Shown: in pieces, positions 1-9,976 of the stretch
Layout of the letters: each line of letters starts with the position of its first letter
How positions within the stretch are numbered: position 1 is the first letter of the stretch
Assembly: GCA_034659915.1 (NCBI GenBank)
Contig: JAYEID010000002.1
Location: 2,089 to 66,088 of the forward strand
Reading direction: 5' to 3'
Source: Patescibacteria group bacterium
Lineage (GTDB): Bacteria > Patescibacteriota > WWE3 > JAUXAW01 > JAYEID01
DNA length: 64,000 bases
Made by a program: the position numbers and the translations under genes
The notes under the pieces: model-generated
Told to the model about the DNA's origin: nothing
Database searches by the model: none
Seen by the model: only the letters and a program-made list of their open reading frames with translations

Positions 1-357
1 TCTTTTCTTTGGTATTGTGTTATTGGGGAAATGTCCAGCACGGATTAATTCTATAAGAAGATCTTCAGCAATTTGGTGTGGATCTAACTTGGCGTTGAAT
101 CGGAAACCTAGTTCGGAAAGGAACCTTCTTTTTAAATTGCGTTCAATTGCTGTTCTCCGGATAAGATGCTCATCTTTCCAATCAATAATAATACGTAGCC
201 TTTCGTAAAAAGCAGCAACTTTAGAAGCTATAGTATCCACATGGATAGTTTGGAGAGATTCCTCTTCCTTTTTTTCATCTAGCTTTTGCTGATACTCTTC
301 TATAAATTGAAGAGTGTTTTGAGAAAAGCTCCTATCTTTCTGGTTATTTTTTGCCAT
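1..357 (-). CDS. Conserved hypothetical protein, 5' part only (runs off window)
   Basis: Hand translation from ATG 357 is open to base 1: MAKNNQ...IHVDTIASKVAAFYERLRIIIDWKDEHLIRRTAIERNLKRR...ELIRAGHFPNN. From recollection this resembles a family common in CPR genomes. Not in the ORF track because there is no stop in the window. Confidence 0.75.
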   Translation of the reverse strand, partial: MAKNNQKDRSFSQNTLQFIEEYQQKLDEKKEEESLQTIHVDTIASKVAAFYERLRIIIDWKDEHLIRRTAIERNLKRRFLSELGFRFNAKLDPHQIAEDLLIELIRAGHFPNNTIPKKR

Positions 358-442
358 AGTAGTGTAGATTATACAGCAAAAATTAAGGTTAGTCTAACCC
401 AGATTAAAAATCCTGTAGTATTATAGACTTAAATTTGGCTGG

Positions 443-499
443 AAAAAAGAAAAAAGCACCCCAATGGGATAGAGAAATCTATTCCCGCTTAGGGTGCTT
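443..499 (-). terminator. Intrinsic terminator downstream of 512..745
   Basis: Stem AAGCACCC (454-461) / GGGTGCTT (492-499) with an inner GGGATAGA/TCTATTCCC pairing, followed on the - strand by a U-rich tract. Confidence 0.7.
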
Positions 500-511
500 G
501 GTGATGTGCAG

Positions 512-745
512 TTATAGTGCCAGCACAATCAGTGGTGCTAGTGCATAGATGCTGAGTGTGAGCACTGTGAAACCTGAGATTAATAGGAACTTTCCCAAGT
601 TCCACGCTTTGCGCTGTTTCCAGAGCTCGGTGAGTATCCTTATGGTAAGTGCAAAGTAAGCCCCGGCTACTACTAGGTACGTTAGTCCTAGAGATAACCC
701 TAAGGGAACAATGACTATTTCTGGATTTATTCCGAGTTCAAACAT
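512..745 (-). CDS. Small two-TM membrane protein
   Basis: 77-aa hydrophobic ORF with strong SD (AGGAGG) upstream and a terminator downstream. Confidence 0.7.
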   Translation of the reverse strand: MFELGINPEIVIVPLGLSLGLTYLVVAGAYFALTIRILTELWKQRKAWNLGKFLLISGFTVLTLSIYALAPLIVLAL

Positions 746-975
746 CGAGCCCCTCCTAGACTTCTACAGGCTTTAACCGAAGTGATGCTGGAACCATTCC
801 TGTGATTTTTTGCAAGGTGCTTGGTTTTGGGTCAGTGTATAGAGTGGGCGAGGGACACGTGGCGGGTTTTTCCCATCCTTTTAGTAGAGAACTTCTCTTG
901 CAGTTACGGTGGCTACAACTAGCATAATTACAAACATGCGCTGATTGCTAGCTAACAGACCGTAAATAATAGCTG

Positions 976-1158
976 CTAAGTTCTCCTTGGCTTCTTTGGT
1001 AGGTTTCTTTGCTTGGCTTGCCAAGCAAGGTAGATAGCTAAACCCGTAAGCATAATTATTAGTACAACTACTTCATACAGGGGTGAAAAACCGTAAGGGA
1101 CTTTTGTAACGTCTTCCAAACTTTTGCCTGCGAGAAATCTAAGCTCCTTGTTGAGCAT
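976..1158 (-). CDS. Small single-TM protein (60 aa)
   Basis: ATG 1158 is preceded by AAAGGAG. One TM helix plus a basic tail. The longer 1263 start would overlap the upstream gene. Confidence 0.6.
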   Translation of the reverse strand: MLNKELRFLAGKSLEDVTKVPYGFSPLYEVVVLIIMLTGLAIYLAWQAKQRNLPKKPRRT

Positions 1159-1175
1159 ATGCTTGAAACTCCTTT

Positions 1176-1997
1176 CTAAAAAGCTACTGTTTCCAAGAGT
1201 TTTCTCACTTTTCGGAGTGATTTTCCCAACTCTTTTGGCTTTAACATAACTCTTGGTTCCCACAGAGTAGGCGGAATTTCAATAACCAAATCCCCTTCGA
1301 AACTCTCTAGGTAGCTAAGCATTCGCCACAGCTCTGTCTGATAGCCATCTAGGGTTCTTGTGAGTTCTTCTCTGCTCAAAGGTTGGATGTGTACTGCTTG
1401 GGAAATAGGGAACAGGGTTTCCCAAAATACTTCCCAAGGTTGAAGTGGGCTAGGTATCCCCTCTCGGTGCTCCCGCCGCATGTGTTTGGTGTCTAGAACA
1501 TAGGGCTTATCTGTTTCCAGACAAGATGCAGCTGCAAGATTTAAGTTTCCCGGAGGCATATCCAGCTCGGGGTGAATTTCCGTCAAGTAATTCCAAGACT
1601 TGTAACTTGCACTGGGGATTTCGTGCTTGATTAGCACTGCTTCGGGGAATGTTAACAGAAATTCCGAAGTCCGCAGAGTTGAAATTCGCGGATGTGGGAA
1701 AAGCAGAATGTCTTGCCACATGCTGGGCGTTCCCGCGTTTCCTTCTTCTCCGCGGAGGTGACGCCAGAGCGTGGTTCCGTTCCAGGCAAGCTCTGCGTAG
1801 CGTACAGGAATTTCTGCTTTTTCTAGAGCTGCTGCCGTTACGCCTTTGAATGGCAATACTTGCCAGAAGCTCGCACCAATTTCCTTGGTCATGGCCGCTG
1901 CAATGGGTATGGCGAAGGATCTTGCCAAAAAATCCCACAGCGGAAAAGCGCACCAAGGCAATAAACTTCCCAACGAAATTCCAATCTTTTCCTGCAC
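1176..1997 (-). CDS. Hypothetical protein, possible xylose-isomerase-like TIM barrel
   Basis: 273 aa. Spacing of EIHP, VLDTKH, VHIQ and VIEIP resembles the metal ligands of the AP-endonuclease-2/xylose isomerase fold (inference). Confidence 0.5.
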   Translation of the reverse strand: MQEKIGISLGSLLPWCAFPLWDFLARSFAIPIAAAMTKEIGASFWQVLPFKGVTAAALEKAEIPVRYAELAWNGTTLWRHLRGEEGNAGTPSMWQDILLFPHPRISTLRTSEFLLTFPEAVLIKHEIPSASYKSWNYLTEIHPELDMPPGNLNLAAASCLETDKPYVLDTKHMRREHREGIPSPLQPWEVFWETLFPISQAVHIQPLSREELTRTLDGYQTELWRMLSYLESFEGDLVIEIPPTLWEPRVMLKPKELGKSLRKVRKLLETVAF

Positions 1998-2155
1998 TTT
2001 CTACCTACTATTTTCTTTGTGCTGCTTTTTAACGTGCTTCTGGTCTCTCTAAATGTAATTTTTATTATACCAGAGAAGAACTACAAATTAAACCTTATAA
2101 AATCCGGATAACCGTTCCTCCTTTTTTTTTCTCCTCTAGTGATTTTTAGTGTGCA

Positions 2156-2250
2156 ACATATAGCATATAATACATAATATGTAATATACAGTGTACAGTG
2201 TATAGTATACAGTATACAGTATACAGTATACAGTGCACTGTATATTGTAC
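2156..2250. repeat. Degenerate heptamer tandem array (TATACAG)n
   Basis: tatacag-tgtacag-tgtatag-tatacag x4 read directly. Confidence 0.85.
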
Positions 2251-2364
2251 ATTGGAGTTTGGGGTGTGCGTTGTTTTAGTGGTTTATGCTTTTATAATCT
2301 CATATAATCTCACGCTTCTGAGCGTAATTTCTCCTAATTTTAGCCGTAGGCTAAATTCTCTCTG

Positions 2365-2640
2365 CTATTTGTTATTTGTAATTTGGTATTTGTTGTTTAT
2401 TATTTCTTATCTCTTGTGTATCCACTGTGTTTCCTTTCTCTTTTCTTCAATTTCACGGGTCTGCCCGTAATTTTTAATTTCATGCCTCTGGGCTAATTTC
2501 TCTCCGCAATCCGCTCTCCGCTTTTGTAATTTGATATTTGTCATTTGTAATTTATTATCTCTTATCTCCTATCCCTTATCCCATATTCACTATTTCTTAT
2601 TCCATATCCCGTATCCAATATCTATTATTTCTTATTCACT
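2365..2640. repeat. Heptamer arrays (TTATTTG/TTATTTC-type), two blocks at 2365-2416 and 2521-2640
   Basis: 7-nt periodicity: ctatttg-ttatttg-taatttg-gtatttg and ttatctc-ttatctc-ctatccc-ttatccc-atattca. Confidence 0.8.
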
Positions 2641-2669
2641 TCCTAGTGTTGTGCTAAAATACGTCTGCA

Positions 2670-4283
2670 ATGAAAGTAGCAATTGGCTACCCTCCTTTTG
2701 ACAATCCCAAAGGTCGTGCGTTTTTGGCACAAAACAGGCAGTTTCAGTGGGGTACATCTCCTTGGACTGCTTACCCCGTTGTTCCCGCGTATGCCGCGTC
2801 TTTCCTGCAAGAGAAGGGTTATGAAGTATATTGGCTGGACGGGATTTGGGGTATGCAAACATACGCCGAATGGGAAAAAGATCTTTTGGAAATTAATCCC
2901 GATGTTTTGATGTTGGAGACCAAAACCCCGGTTATCAAACGCCATTGGGAGATTATTGATAGGTTGAAGGACATAACTTGCCCGCATTCCCTAGCCCCTG
3001 GGGCTGCGGCCAAAGAAGCCCCAGGGGCTTCTCCTGCGGGCAGTGGTCTAAGTATTGTTCTTGTTGGTGACCATGTGACTGCTTTGCCGGAGGAATCAAT
3101 GCAAAACAGCAAGGTGGATTATATCCTTACCGGTGGGGATTACGACTTTTTGCTTCTTAATCTTTGCAATCATCTTTCTAAAGGGGAAGATCTTGAACCC
3201 GGAATTTGGTATAGAAAGCCCGCTGCAGGGAAAGCCCCAGGGGCTGGACCTGCCTTGCCGGCAGGCAGGTCTGCAGAAGCCCCTGGGGCTGAGGAATGCA
3301 GCGGATCATCTCCTTCGGCCGACTATTCCTCCACCGGCCATTTTGTCCTCAACCACGACCTTAACGAACTCCCTTTTATTGACCGCGACCTTACCCAGTG
3401 GGAGCTTTACGCCTACCAAAATTCCAACTACGCGCGCACTCCCGGAACTTATACCATGTTTGGCCGTGACTGTTGGTGGGGTAAGTGCACATTTTGCAGC
3501 TGGACGACTTTGTATCCCGGAGAGCACTTTAGGGTAATGAGTGTTGAAAGGGCTTTGGACGAGGTAGGCCACATCCTTGAAAATTACCCAGTTCGTGAAA
3601 TTATGGATGATTCGGGTACTTTTCCAGTAGGCGAGTGGCTCACCGATTTTTGCCGCGGCATGATTGAGCGCGGGTATAATGAAAAAGTGCGGATTAGTTG
3701 TAATATGCGTTTTAATGCCGGATTGGACAAGGAGGATTACGAGCTGATGCGGGAGGCGGGTTTTCGCTTTTTGCTTTACGGTTTGGAATCTTACAACCAA
3801 GAAACTTTGGATAGAATTCAGAAAAACCTTAAAGTGGAGCAAATTGAGCCCCAACTCAAGTGGGCAAAAGAGGCGGGCTTAAACCCCCACCCTACGGCAA
3901 TGGTTGGCTACCCTTGGGAAAGTAAAGAGGAGGCAAAGCGCACCCTGAACTTTGCCCGGGAAATGTTTAAAAAAGGCTATAGCGATACTTTGCAAGCAAC
4001 CATTGTTACTCCCTACCCCGGTACACCGCTGTTCCGCGAGGCGGAGGAAAAAGGCTGGCTCAAAACTAAAGATTGGGATCGTTATGACATGCGCGAACCA
4101 ATTTTAAAAACAGAAATGAGTGACGAAGAAATAAAAGGCTTGGTGCAAGGCTTGTATAAATCTGTACTTACGCCGAAATTTATTGCGCGCAAAGCATGGG
4201 AAGCTCTAACTGACTGGGAAACTTTTAAATACTACTTCCGCATGATGCGAAAGTTTTTTAGCAAACTGGTGGACTTCCGCTGA
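2670..4283 (+). CDS. B12-binding-domain radical SAM protein with two in-frame repeat insertions
   Basis: N-terminal B12-binding-like region (VLVGDHVTALPEE), CWWGKCTFC cluster motif, GLES and PYPGTPLF motifs. Confidence 0.85.
   Translation: MKVAIGYPPFDNPKGRAFLAQNRQFQWGTSPWTAYPVVPAYAASFLQEKGYEVYWLDGIWGMQTYAEWEKDLLEINPDVLMLETKTPVIKRHWEIIDRLKDITCPHSLAPGAAAKEAPGASPAGSGLSIVLVGDHVTALPEESMQNSKVDYILTGGDYDFLLLNLCNHLSKGEDLEPGIWYRKPAAGKAPGAGPALPAGRSAEAPGAEECSGSSPSADYSSTGHFVLNHDLNELPFIDRDLTQWELYAYQNSNYARTPGTYTMFGRDCWWGKCTFCSWTTLYPGEHFRVMSVERALDEVGHILENYPVREIMDDSGTFPVGEWLTDFCRGMIERGYNEKVRISCNMRFNAGLDKEDYELMREAGFRFLLYGLESYNQETLDRIQKNLKVEQIEPQLKWAKEAGLNPHPTAMVGYPWESKEEAKRTLNFAREMFKKGYSDTLQATIVTPYPGTPLFREAEEKGWLKTKDWDRYDMREPILKTEMSDEEIKGLVQGLYKSVLTPKFIARKAWEALTDWETFKYYFRMMRKFFSKLVDFR
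2982..3039. repeat. Family A palindromic element, copy 1 (intragenic)
   Basis: ccgcATTCCCT-AGCCCCTGGGGCT-11 nt-AGCCCCAGGGGCT-TCTCCTgcgg; encodes PHSLAPGAAAKEAPGASPA. Confidence 0.95.
3220..3304. repeat. Family A copy 2 with nested 21-nt element E (3249-3269)
   Basis: Ends ccgctgca...tgcagcgg, two AGCCCCWGGGGCT cores, spacer interrupted by CCTGCCTTGCCGGCAGGCAGG. Confidence 0.95.
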
Positions 4284-4331
4284 AACTAGGAAAATTCAAA
4301 CGAAGTGAAGAGTTTTCCTTCAGTTGAAGCG

Positions 4332-4490
4332 GCCCCGTACCGTATCCCGACTTGTCGGGATTCTGGTTCGGGGTCAATGGGGAGTAGCGACGTTTACGCT
4401 GCACTCCACAATCCGCGGGAATCCAGTACAAATCAGCGAAAATCCGTAACAACTGCGGAATGCGGAAAGCTGTGTGCGGATAACCGAAAC
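4332..4490. repeat. Intergenic composite of palindromes and tandem repeats
   Basis: CCCCG...CGGGG hairpin with nested ATCCCGAC-TT-GTCGGGAT, then aatccgcg/aatcagcg units and tgcggaa heptamers. Confidence 0.7.
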
Positions 4491-4513
4491 CACAATAGTT
4501 AACTAGTACAATT

Positions 4514-5467
4514 ATGAACAACAGAAAGAAAATTTTAATAACCGGAGTGACCGGGTTTATTGGGACTAATTTGGTTAAAGAATTACTTTCCCGCGGGCAT
4601 AAGGTTGTCGGTATAGACAATTTTTACGCTAGCTCGCGGGAGCGCTTGCAGCTTTTTGCGGATGAAGAAAATTTCCGCTTTCTGGAAGCGGATATCCGCA
4701 ATCCGTTGGAAATAGAAGGGGAAATTGACCAAATTTATAACCTCGCCTGCCCAGCTTCCCCACCTGTTTACCAAAAAGAGCCCCTTTACACTCTAGAAAC
4801 AAATATTATGGGGATGAAAAATGTGTTGGAACTGGCAGAGGAAAAGGGGGCAAAAGTTTTGCAAGCTAGCACATCCGAAGTTTACGGCGACCCAAAAAAA
4901 CACCCGCAAAAAGAGACTTACTGGGGAAATGTAAACCCGGTGGGACCGCGCAGCTGTTATGATGAGGGCAAGCGGGCAGCAGAGACTTTTTGCCTTGAAT
5001 ATTTTAACCGCGGGGTGGATGTGCGCGTCGCGCGCATTTTTAATACTTACGGGCCGTATATGAGTCCGGACGACGGGCGAGTGGTAACCAATTTTATTAC
5101 TCAGGCGTTAAATGATGAGGATTTAACAATTTACGGTGACGGGGAGCAAACGCGGAGCTTTTGTTTTGTAGATGATTTGGTGCGCGGTTTGGTTAAATTT
5201 ATGAATTATGAGGGGGAGCTTTTTGGACCCTTGAATTTGGGTAATCCGGTGGAATACACCATTTTGGAACTGGCGGACAAGGTGCTTGCGCTCCTGCCGG
5301 AAAGCTCCAGTGAACTTACCTACGAACCTTTGCCGGAGGACGACCCGCAAAAACGCCGCCCGGATATCTCCCGCGCAAAACAAAAACTCTCCTGGCAGCC
5401 GGAGGTTGGGTTGGAGGAAGGTTTGAAAAAGACGCTTCAGTATATAAAATATAAATGTTCGGAATAG
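4514..5467 (+). CDS. uxs: UDP-glucuronate decarboxylase (UDP-xylose synthase), extended SDR
   Basis: GVTGFIG, NLACPASP, ASTSEVYGDP, YWGNVNPVGPRSCYDEGKR, DDPQKRRPDI motifs. Confidence 0.92.
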   Translation: MNNRKKILITGVTGFIGTNLVKELLSRGHKVVGIDNFYASSRERLQLFADEENFRFLEADIRNPLEIEGEIDQIYNLACPASPPVYQKEPLYTLETNIMGMKNVLELAEEKGAKVLQASTSEVYGDPKKHPQKETYWGNVNPVGPRSCYDEGKRAAETFCLEYFNRGVDVRVARIFNTYGPYMSPDDGRVVTNFITQALNDEDLTIYGDGEQTRSFCFVDDLVRGLVKFMNYEGELFGPLNLGNPVEYTILELADKVLALLPESSSELTYEPLPEDDPQKRRPDISRAKQKLSWQPEVGLEEGLKKTLQYIKYKCSE

Positions 5468-5507
5468 GTTGTACCCATACCTATAAGAAGACCAACTAAT
5501 TTTTATC

Positions 5508-7763
5508 ATGATTGCAGATCTTTTGAAGAAAAATTATTTTGATAAAGTTCTCAAATATGCTTTCTTAGTACTTCTTTCTTTTACTTCTCTTTATCCTTTC
5601 TTGTCAAAGTATCTTTTTGACTTTTCTCTCAGCAATCGTCTCAAAATATGTTTAATTGCAGTAACAAGTCTGCTCGGCATCGGCTTGTTTTGGAGAGATA
5701 GAAAGGAAATAGTAAAGAAAGTACATTCAGAAAAGGAACAAGAAAAAAGAGCAGAAGAAAAGAGAAAAGAAGAATTCAAAAACAAATATCCCAAAATAAA
5801 TAATATTCCAATTGTTAAAAATATTTTTGGATGGATGTATAAAGAGGGTTGGGTTTTTTCTTTGGGGTTAGGTTTGATTATTTTAACAGGTTGCCTTGTT
5901 TACACTCACAATATCAATTATGAATTTAGGGAAGATGAGTACCAAGTTATTGGTTCTGCTGCAGGTTATTACTACACTTCAGAGTTTTATGTTTGGGACT
6001 GGCTAAAAGGGGCGCAAGGTAGTAGACATTACGACCGGGCGTGGCCCCATACATGGTTTGTTGCCCAGTCGTACAGAATTTTTGGTATTTCTGAATTTTC
6101 TTCGCGCATAGTTTCCGTTTTATTTGGGTTGATATTTTTAGTTAGTGTTTATTTTGTGACTAAATATTTTTGGGAGAGTAAAAAATTAGCTCTTCTTACT
6201 ACAGTGTCATTTGTATTTTATTCGCGGTTTATAGATATTTTTAGATACACACGGATGTATGCCGTTTTAATTCCTATTTTCTTACTCCTGTTTTACTTTA
6301 TTTATAGGAGTATTACCGAGAGCAGGAAAGTAAATATAAAATTAAAGCCCCTGGGAAGATTTATAGAAAACAATCTAGATTTTAATTGGAAGGCTTCGTT
6401 CCTTGCTTTGCTCTTTCTGATTCTAAATTATTTTATCCACATTAATTCACTCGTACTGTTACCAGTATTATTGTTGTTTATTATTTACTTAGCAATAGTG
6501 AAAAAAGAGCGCAAGTATATTTTTGTAGGTTTCTTGGGGCTTGTCATTACCTTTTCTGTATTTTTACTTTATTATTTCGGTTTTACGGAACGATTTTTGC
6601 ATCATATTTCTTTTTTCGGAAGAAATAATCGTATTTACTTAAAATATCTAACCAGTTTCCCTTTTATTAAGGAAGCCGGAATTACACTTCTTTTAGTAGG
6701 ATTAATATATCCCTTAATTTTTAGCAAGGAAAAAAGATCGAAGTTGGTATATTCCTATCTAACTGTATCTCTATCCTTAGTTTTCTTTATATGGATCGCT
6801 GATCGGTATTCCCATTTTTATTACATTTCTCACATTGTGCCAATCTCGATTATTCTGATTCTTTTTTCTTATTATCTCGTTATCAAACTCTTTGATTTAA
6901 AAGTAATAAAAATATTCTTGTATTGTCTTCCTGGTTTTTTAATCCTTTTTAATTTTTATAATAGTTTAGAAACTCTTTATGCTGATGAACACAGTTACGG
7001 ACGGTTTCGCGAGGCGTATAGAGTGATTGTTGAAAATTACAACCCCGAGGAAGATGTTTTGTTTGGGCAATACCTTAGAACATATTATTTAAGAGAACTT
7101 GGGGATGATCTTACAGCTATAAGTATGCGCAACAAGCGTAAGTACGATTTTTTTGAGTTTTTGGAGGATCTAGGTAAATGTAAGTCTGGTTGGGTAACTT
7201 GGGAAACTAGGAAGGGTTATCACATTCAGGAGGATATTATAGATTATATTGAAGAAAACTTTGAGAAATATCACGGTCAGGGAGTGGATAATACTAATGT
7301 CGAAGTTTATTATTTTAATCAGGACATGGTTAAAGAGTTTAGGAGTATGGCTTCTTACAGTGGAAAAGAGCTAGTGGAAGAGGCGTCGGATACAAAAGGG
7401 GTTATTTACAATAATGACTATGATTTTGTCCAACCTGCTGAATACAATCAGCCAGGGTACTTGGAGTATGAGATTGACATACTGGAGCCTGTGGCCAATC
7501 TTAGTATATGGTGGAATGCTTTTGTTCTTTACGAGGGTAATTATATAAAACTGTGGTATTCTAACGATGCAAAAAATTACGAATTGCTAGAACGTCTTGA
7601 AGGGTCGAAGAAAGGTTTGCGGAGAAAAGGCTTTTTGGATATTCCTTGGGATGAGGAGTACCCAGCTCTTTACTTAAGGGTGGAGTTGTTTGCAAACCAA
7701 GAAACAAGTGCGGTTAAATTTGATTCTCGTATTACGGAGTTTAAGGTCTATTCTACCTTTTGA
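5508..7763 (+). CDS. GT-C fold (PMT/ArnT-like) polytopic glycosyltransferase with C-terminal soluble domain
   Basis: EDE motif, FGISEFSSRIVS, RYTRMY, many TM segments. Confidence 0.8.
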   Translation: MIADLLKKNYFDKVLKYAFLVLLSFTSLYPFLSKYLFDFSLSNRLKICLIAVTSLLGIGLFWRDRKEIVKKVHSEKEQEKRAEEKRKEEFKNKYPKINNIPIVKNIFGWMYKEGWVFSLGLGLIILTGCLVYTHNINYEFREDEYQVIGSAAGYYYTSEFYVWDWLKGAQGSRHYDRAWPHTWFVAQSYRIFGISEFSSRIVSVLFGLIFLVSVYFVTKYFWESKKLALLTTVSFVFYSRFIDIFRYTRMYAVLIPIFLLLFYFIYRSITESRKVNIKLKPLGRFIENNLDFNWKASFLALLFLILNYFIHINSLVLLPVLLLFIIYLAIVKKERKYIFVGFLGLVITFSVFLLYYFGFTERFLHHISFFGRNNRIYLKYLTSFPFIKEAGITLLLVGLIYPLIFSKEKRSKLVYSYLTVSLSLVFFIWIADRYSHFYYISHIVPISIILILFSYYLVIKLFDLKVIKIFLYCLPGFLILFNFYNSLETLYADEHSYGRFREAYRVIVENYNPEEDVLFGQYLRTYYLRELGDDLTAISMRNKRKYDFFEFLEDLGKCKSGWVTWETRKGYHIQEDIIDYIEENFEKYHGQGVDNTNVEVYYFNQDMVKEFRSMASYSGKELVEEASDTKGVIYNNDYDFVQPAEYNQPGYLEYEIDILEPVANLSIWWNAFVLYEGNYIKLWYSNDAKNYELLERLEGSKKGLRRKGFLDIPWDEEYPALYLRVELFANQETSAVKFDSRITEFKVYSTF

Positions 7764-7804
7764 GTTAGCCCCGGTTTAACTACGGGTCAGAAGGTGATAT
7801 TGAG

Positions 7805-9068
7805 CTATAGTAACTTTTTAACTTCTCTCCAATTCAAAAATACATAGGGAATGTAGGAGGCAGAGGTTGCAACAGCCGCACCTCCGGCCCCGTAGCTAGG
7901 AATTAACAGAAGATTAAGAGCTAAATTGAGAACAGCTGCTATGCTGAGGTTCGCTGCTCTCTTGTTTGCTAATCCTTGGTAGTCTAAAAGAGATGATAAA
8001 AATACCGAATAAGAACTTAGTAACATATAAGGTGTAAGTAAAATTAGGATGGTTGTTGATTTGCTGTAATCCGCTCCGAAAATCAAGGGAATGAAATACC
8101 AACCCAGCGTTAAAATTCCCAGTGTTATTACCCCAAATATAGCAGTATTGTATTTAAGTAATTTATAAAAAGTTTTTCTCAACTTTCTCCTGTTACTATT
8201 GTTTAATTTTGCAAATATAGGCATTGTGCCGGTGGCGATTGCCAAAGAAATATGCGGTAAGTTTGTAACAACTTGTTTGGCAACTGAAAACACCCCGACC
8301 TCCGTGTCTGTGCTAAGAAAACCCAACATTGTTGTGTCTAATTCTGTCATTACTATAAATCCTAAGTTGATGAGGAACAAGGGAAAACTATATTTCAAAA
8401 TTTTCTTTTCAAATTTCTTTTTTGATGGTTGTCTCCGTTTGTAAAATTTAAGAAATAAAAGTACTAATCCAATTACAGAAGTTAGTAAAAAAGCGAGATT
8501 AAAAGAATAAATGACATTTAAAACATTAGCCGAATAAATAAATAGTAAAAATACAAAGAGAAGTTTTAAACCATATTCTAAAAAGTTGATCATAAAATGA
8601 TATTTTAAACGGTGTAACCCTTGGAAAACACTTTTTAAATATTCTGTTAAGCCTTTAAGTATAAATAAAGGGGAAGCAAGTAAAAATAAAGTTTTCAAAT
8701 CAGGACGATTTAGGAATACTGCAATTTGTTTGTGAGCAATAAAAAAAGAAACAGCAATTATAATACTAAACAAAAACCTAAGTTTTAAGGAGGCTTTCAA
8801 TACATTCCCTAATAAATCTGTCTTATTAAATCGAGCAAGGAAAACCCTGATAGAAGGATTAATACCAAGATACGAAAATACTAATAGTATTGAAATTATG
8901 GAATAAAAATAAGACCAGGTTCCAAAAGCTTTTACTCCCAATCGGCGGGCAAGAAGTATATTTAAAGCAAAGTAAAATACAAACCCAACACCTTGGGCCA
9001 TAAAACTCCAAATTGTCTCTTTAAACAGTTTTTTTTTTGAGAATAAATCTTTTTAATTTTTTTAACAT
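7805..9068 (-). CDS. wzx: Wzx-type oligosaccharide flippase; 5' end (9002-9068) out of frame at an A10 tract
   Basis: LARRLGVKAFG, DTTMLGFL..EVGVFSVA, LIPSYGAGGAAVAT. Track ORF is 7805..9001; the upstream ATG 9068 joins the frame if the A run is 9. Confidence 0.8.
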
Positions 9069-9976
9069 TTCCAGTGTGATAAGTCTTTATTTAATAATTT
9101 CTCTAGATTTTCAATATCTTCTTGATAAAAATTTTTTAAATAATTTTCTGTTTGTGTATCGATCTTTTGATGTTTTCTTCTTTTAGTAATGAATTGCATA
9201 ATAAATTTTTTGATTCCAATGTTTTTCAATAACCTTATTAGCCAAGAAAGATTGAGACTGATTAATAACTCAGAGAATATACCCATTAGTCTGGGTATAC
9301 TTGTGGTTTTTACTGATTTAGAAGCATTTGTTCGTTTTTCCAACCCTTCCGGTTCAAAAGAGCCATCTACTTCTAAGAATTGATATACGTCTTTTATGGT
9401 TTTGTCGGGTTCATTTTTAATTTTCTTGAACAAGATTATATGCATTTGAGACTTATTAAAATATTTTAAATATCTCGTTAGTTGTTTATAATAAAGTCCT
9501 CTTTCTCTATATTCTTCTTCTACTCTTACAACTTTTTCAAAAGATCTTTCTTCGACTTTATAGTATTTATTGTATACTCGATACTGAGAATATGCCCTAT
9601 TTATAGGATTTCTTAAGCATATTATTATTTTAATGTTGGGAAAGTGTTTATAAATATTTCTTGGGGCGTATTTATCAAATAAGTAGATTGTGGAAAATTC
9701 ACCTTGTTTTTGATTTGTTTTACAATGAGCAAAACGTTTTCGATACCAATTAAATGATTTTTTGTAATTTTCATTCATTGAGTTATGAATATAGCTTCTT
9801 TTCTTATTAAAATAACAAATTTCCTTAGGTACTGAAATACAAATTTTTGGATGCTGATCTAGTTTTTCTGCTAACCAAGTTGTTCCAGACCTTTGAGCAC
9901 CAATTCCTATGAAATTCAATTTTATTTTGTTATTTAATTTTGATTTCATTATTTTTTTATTCCTATTACTATGCAC
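9062..9976 (-). CDS. Sulfotransferase
   Basis: 5'-PSB motif IGIGAQRSGTTWL, KEICYF, 3'-PB motif LRNPINRAYSQY. Confidence 0.9.
   Translation of the reverse strand: MHSNRNKKIMKSKLNNKIKLNFIGIGAQRSGTTWLAEKLDQHPKICISVPKEICYFNKKRSYIHNSMNENYKKSFNWYRKRFAHCKTNQKQGEFSTIYLFDKYAPRNIYKHFPNIKIIICLRNPINRAYSQYRVYNKYYKVEERSFEKVVRVEEEYRERGLYYKQLTRYLKYFNKSQMHIILFKKIKNEPDKTIKDVYQFLEVDGSFEPEGLEKRTNASKSVKTTSIPRLMGIFSELLISLNLSWLIRLLKNIGIKKFIMQFITKRRKHQKIDTQTENYLKNFYQEDIENLEKLLNKDLSHWKC

Noticed and set aside
760-960. Riboswitch or ncRNA upstream of 512..745
   Set aside because: No recognisable conserved aptamer; only a weak boxA-like GCACCTTGCAAAA on the - strand, which is not enough to call.
2198-2470. 90-aa ORF (also 27890..28123 and 28405..28614)
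   Set aside because: These are translations of heptamer arrays (YSIQYTV, YLLFII patterns) with no RBS or family features.
4258-4620. ORFs 4258..4620 (-) and 4305..4502 (+)
   Set aside because: They span an intergenic repeat composite, and the longer one overlaps real genes.
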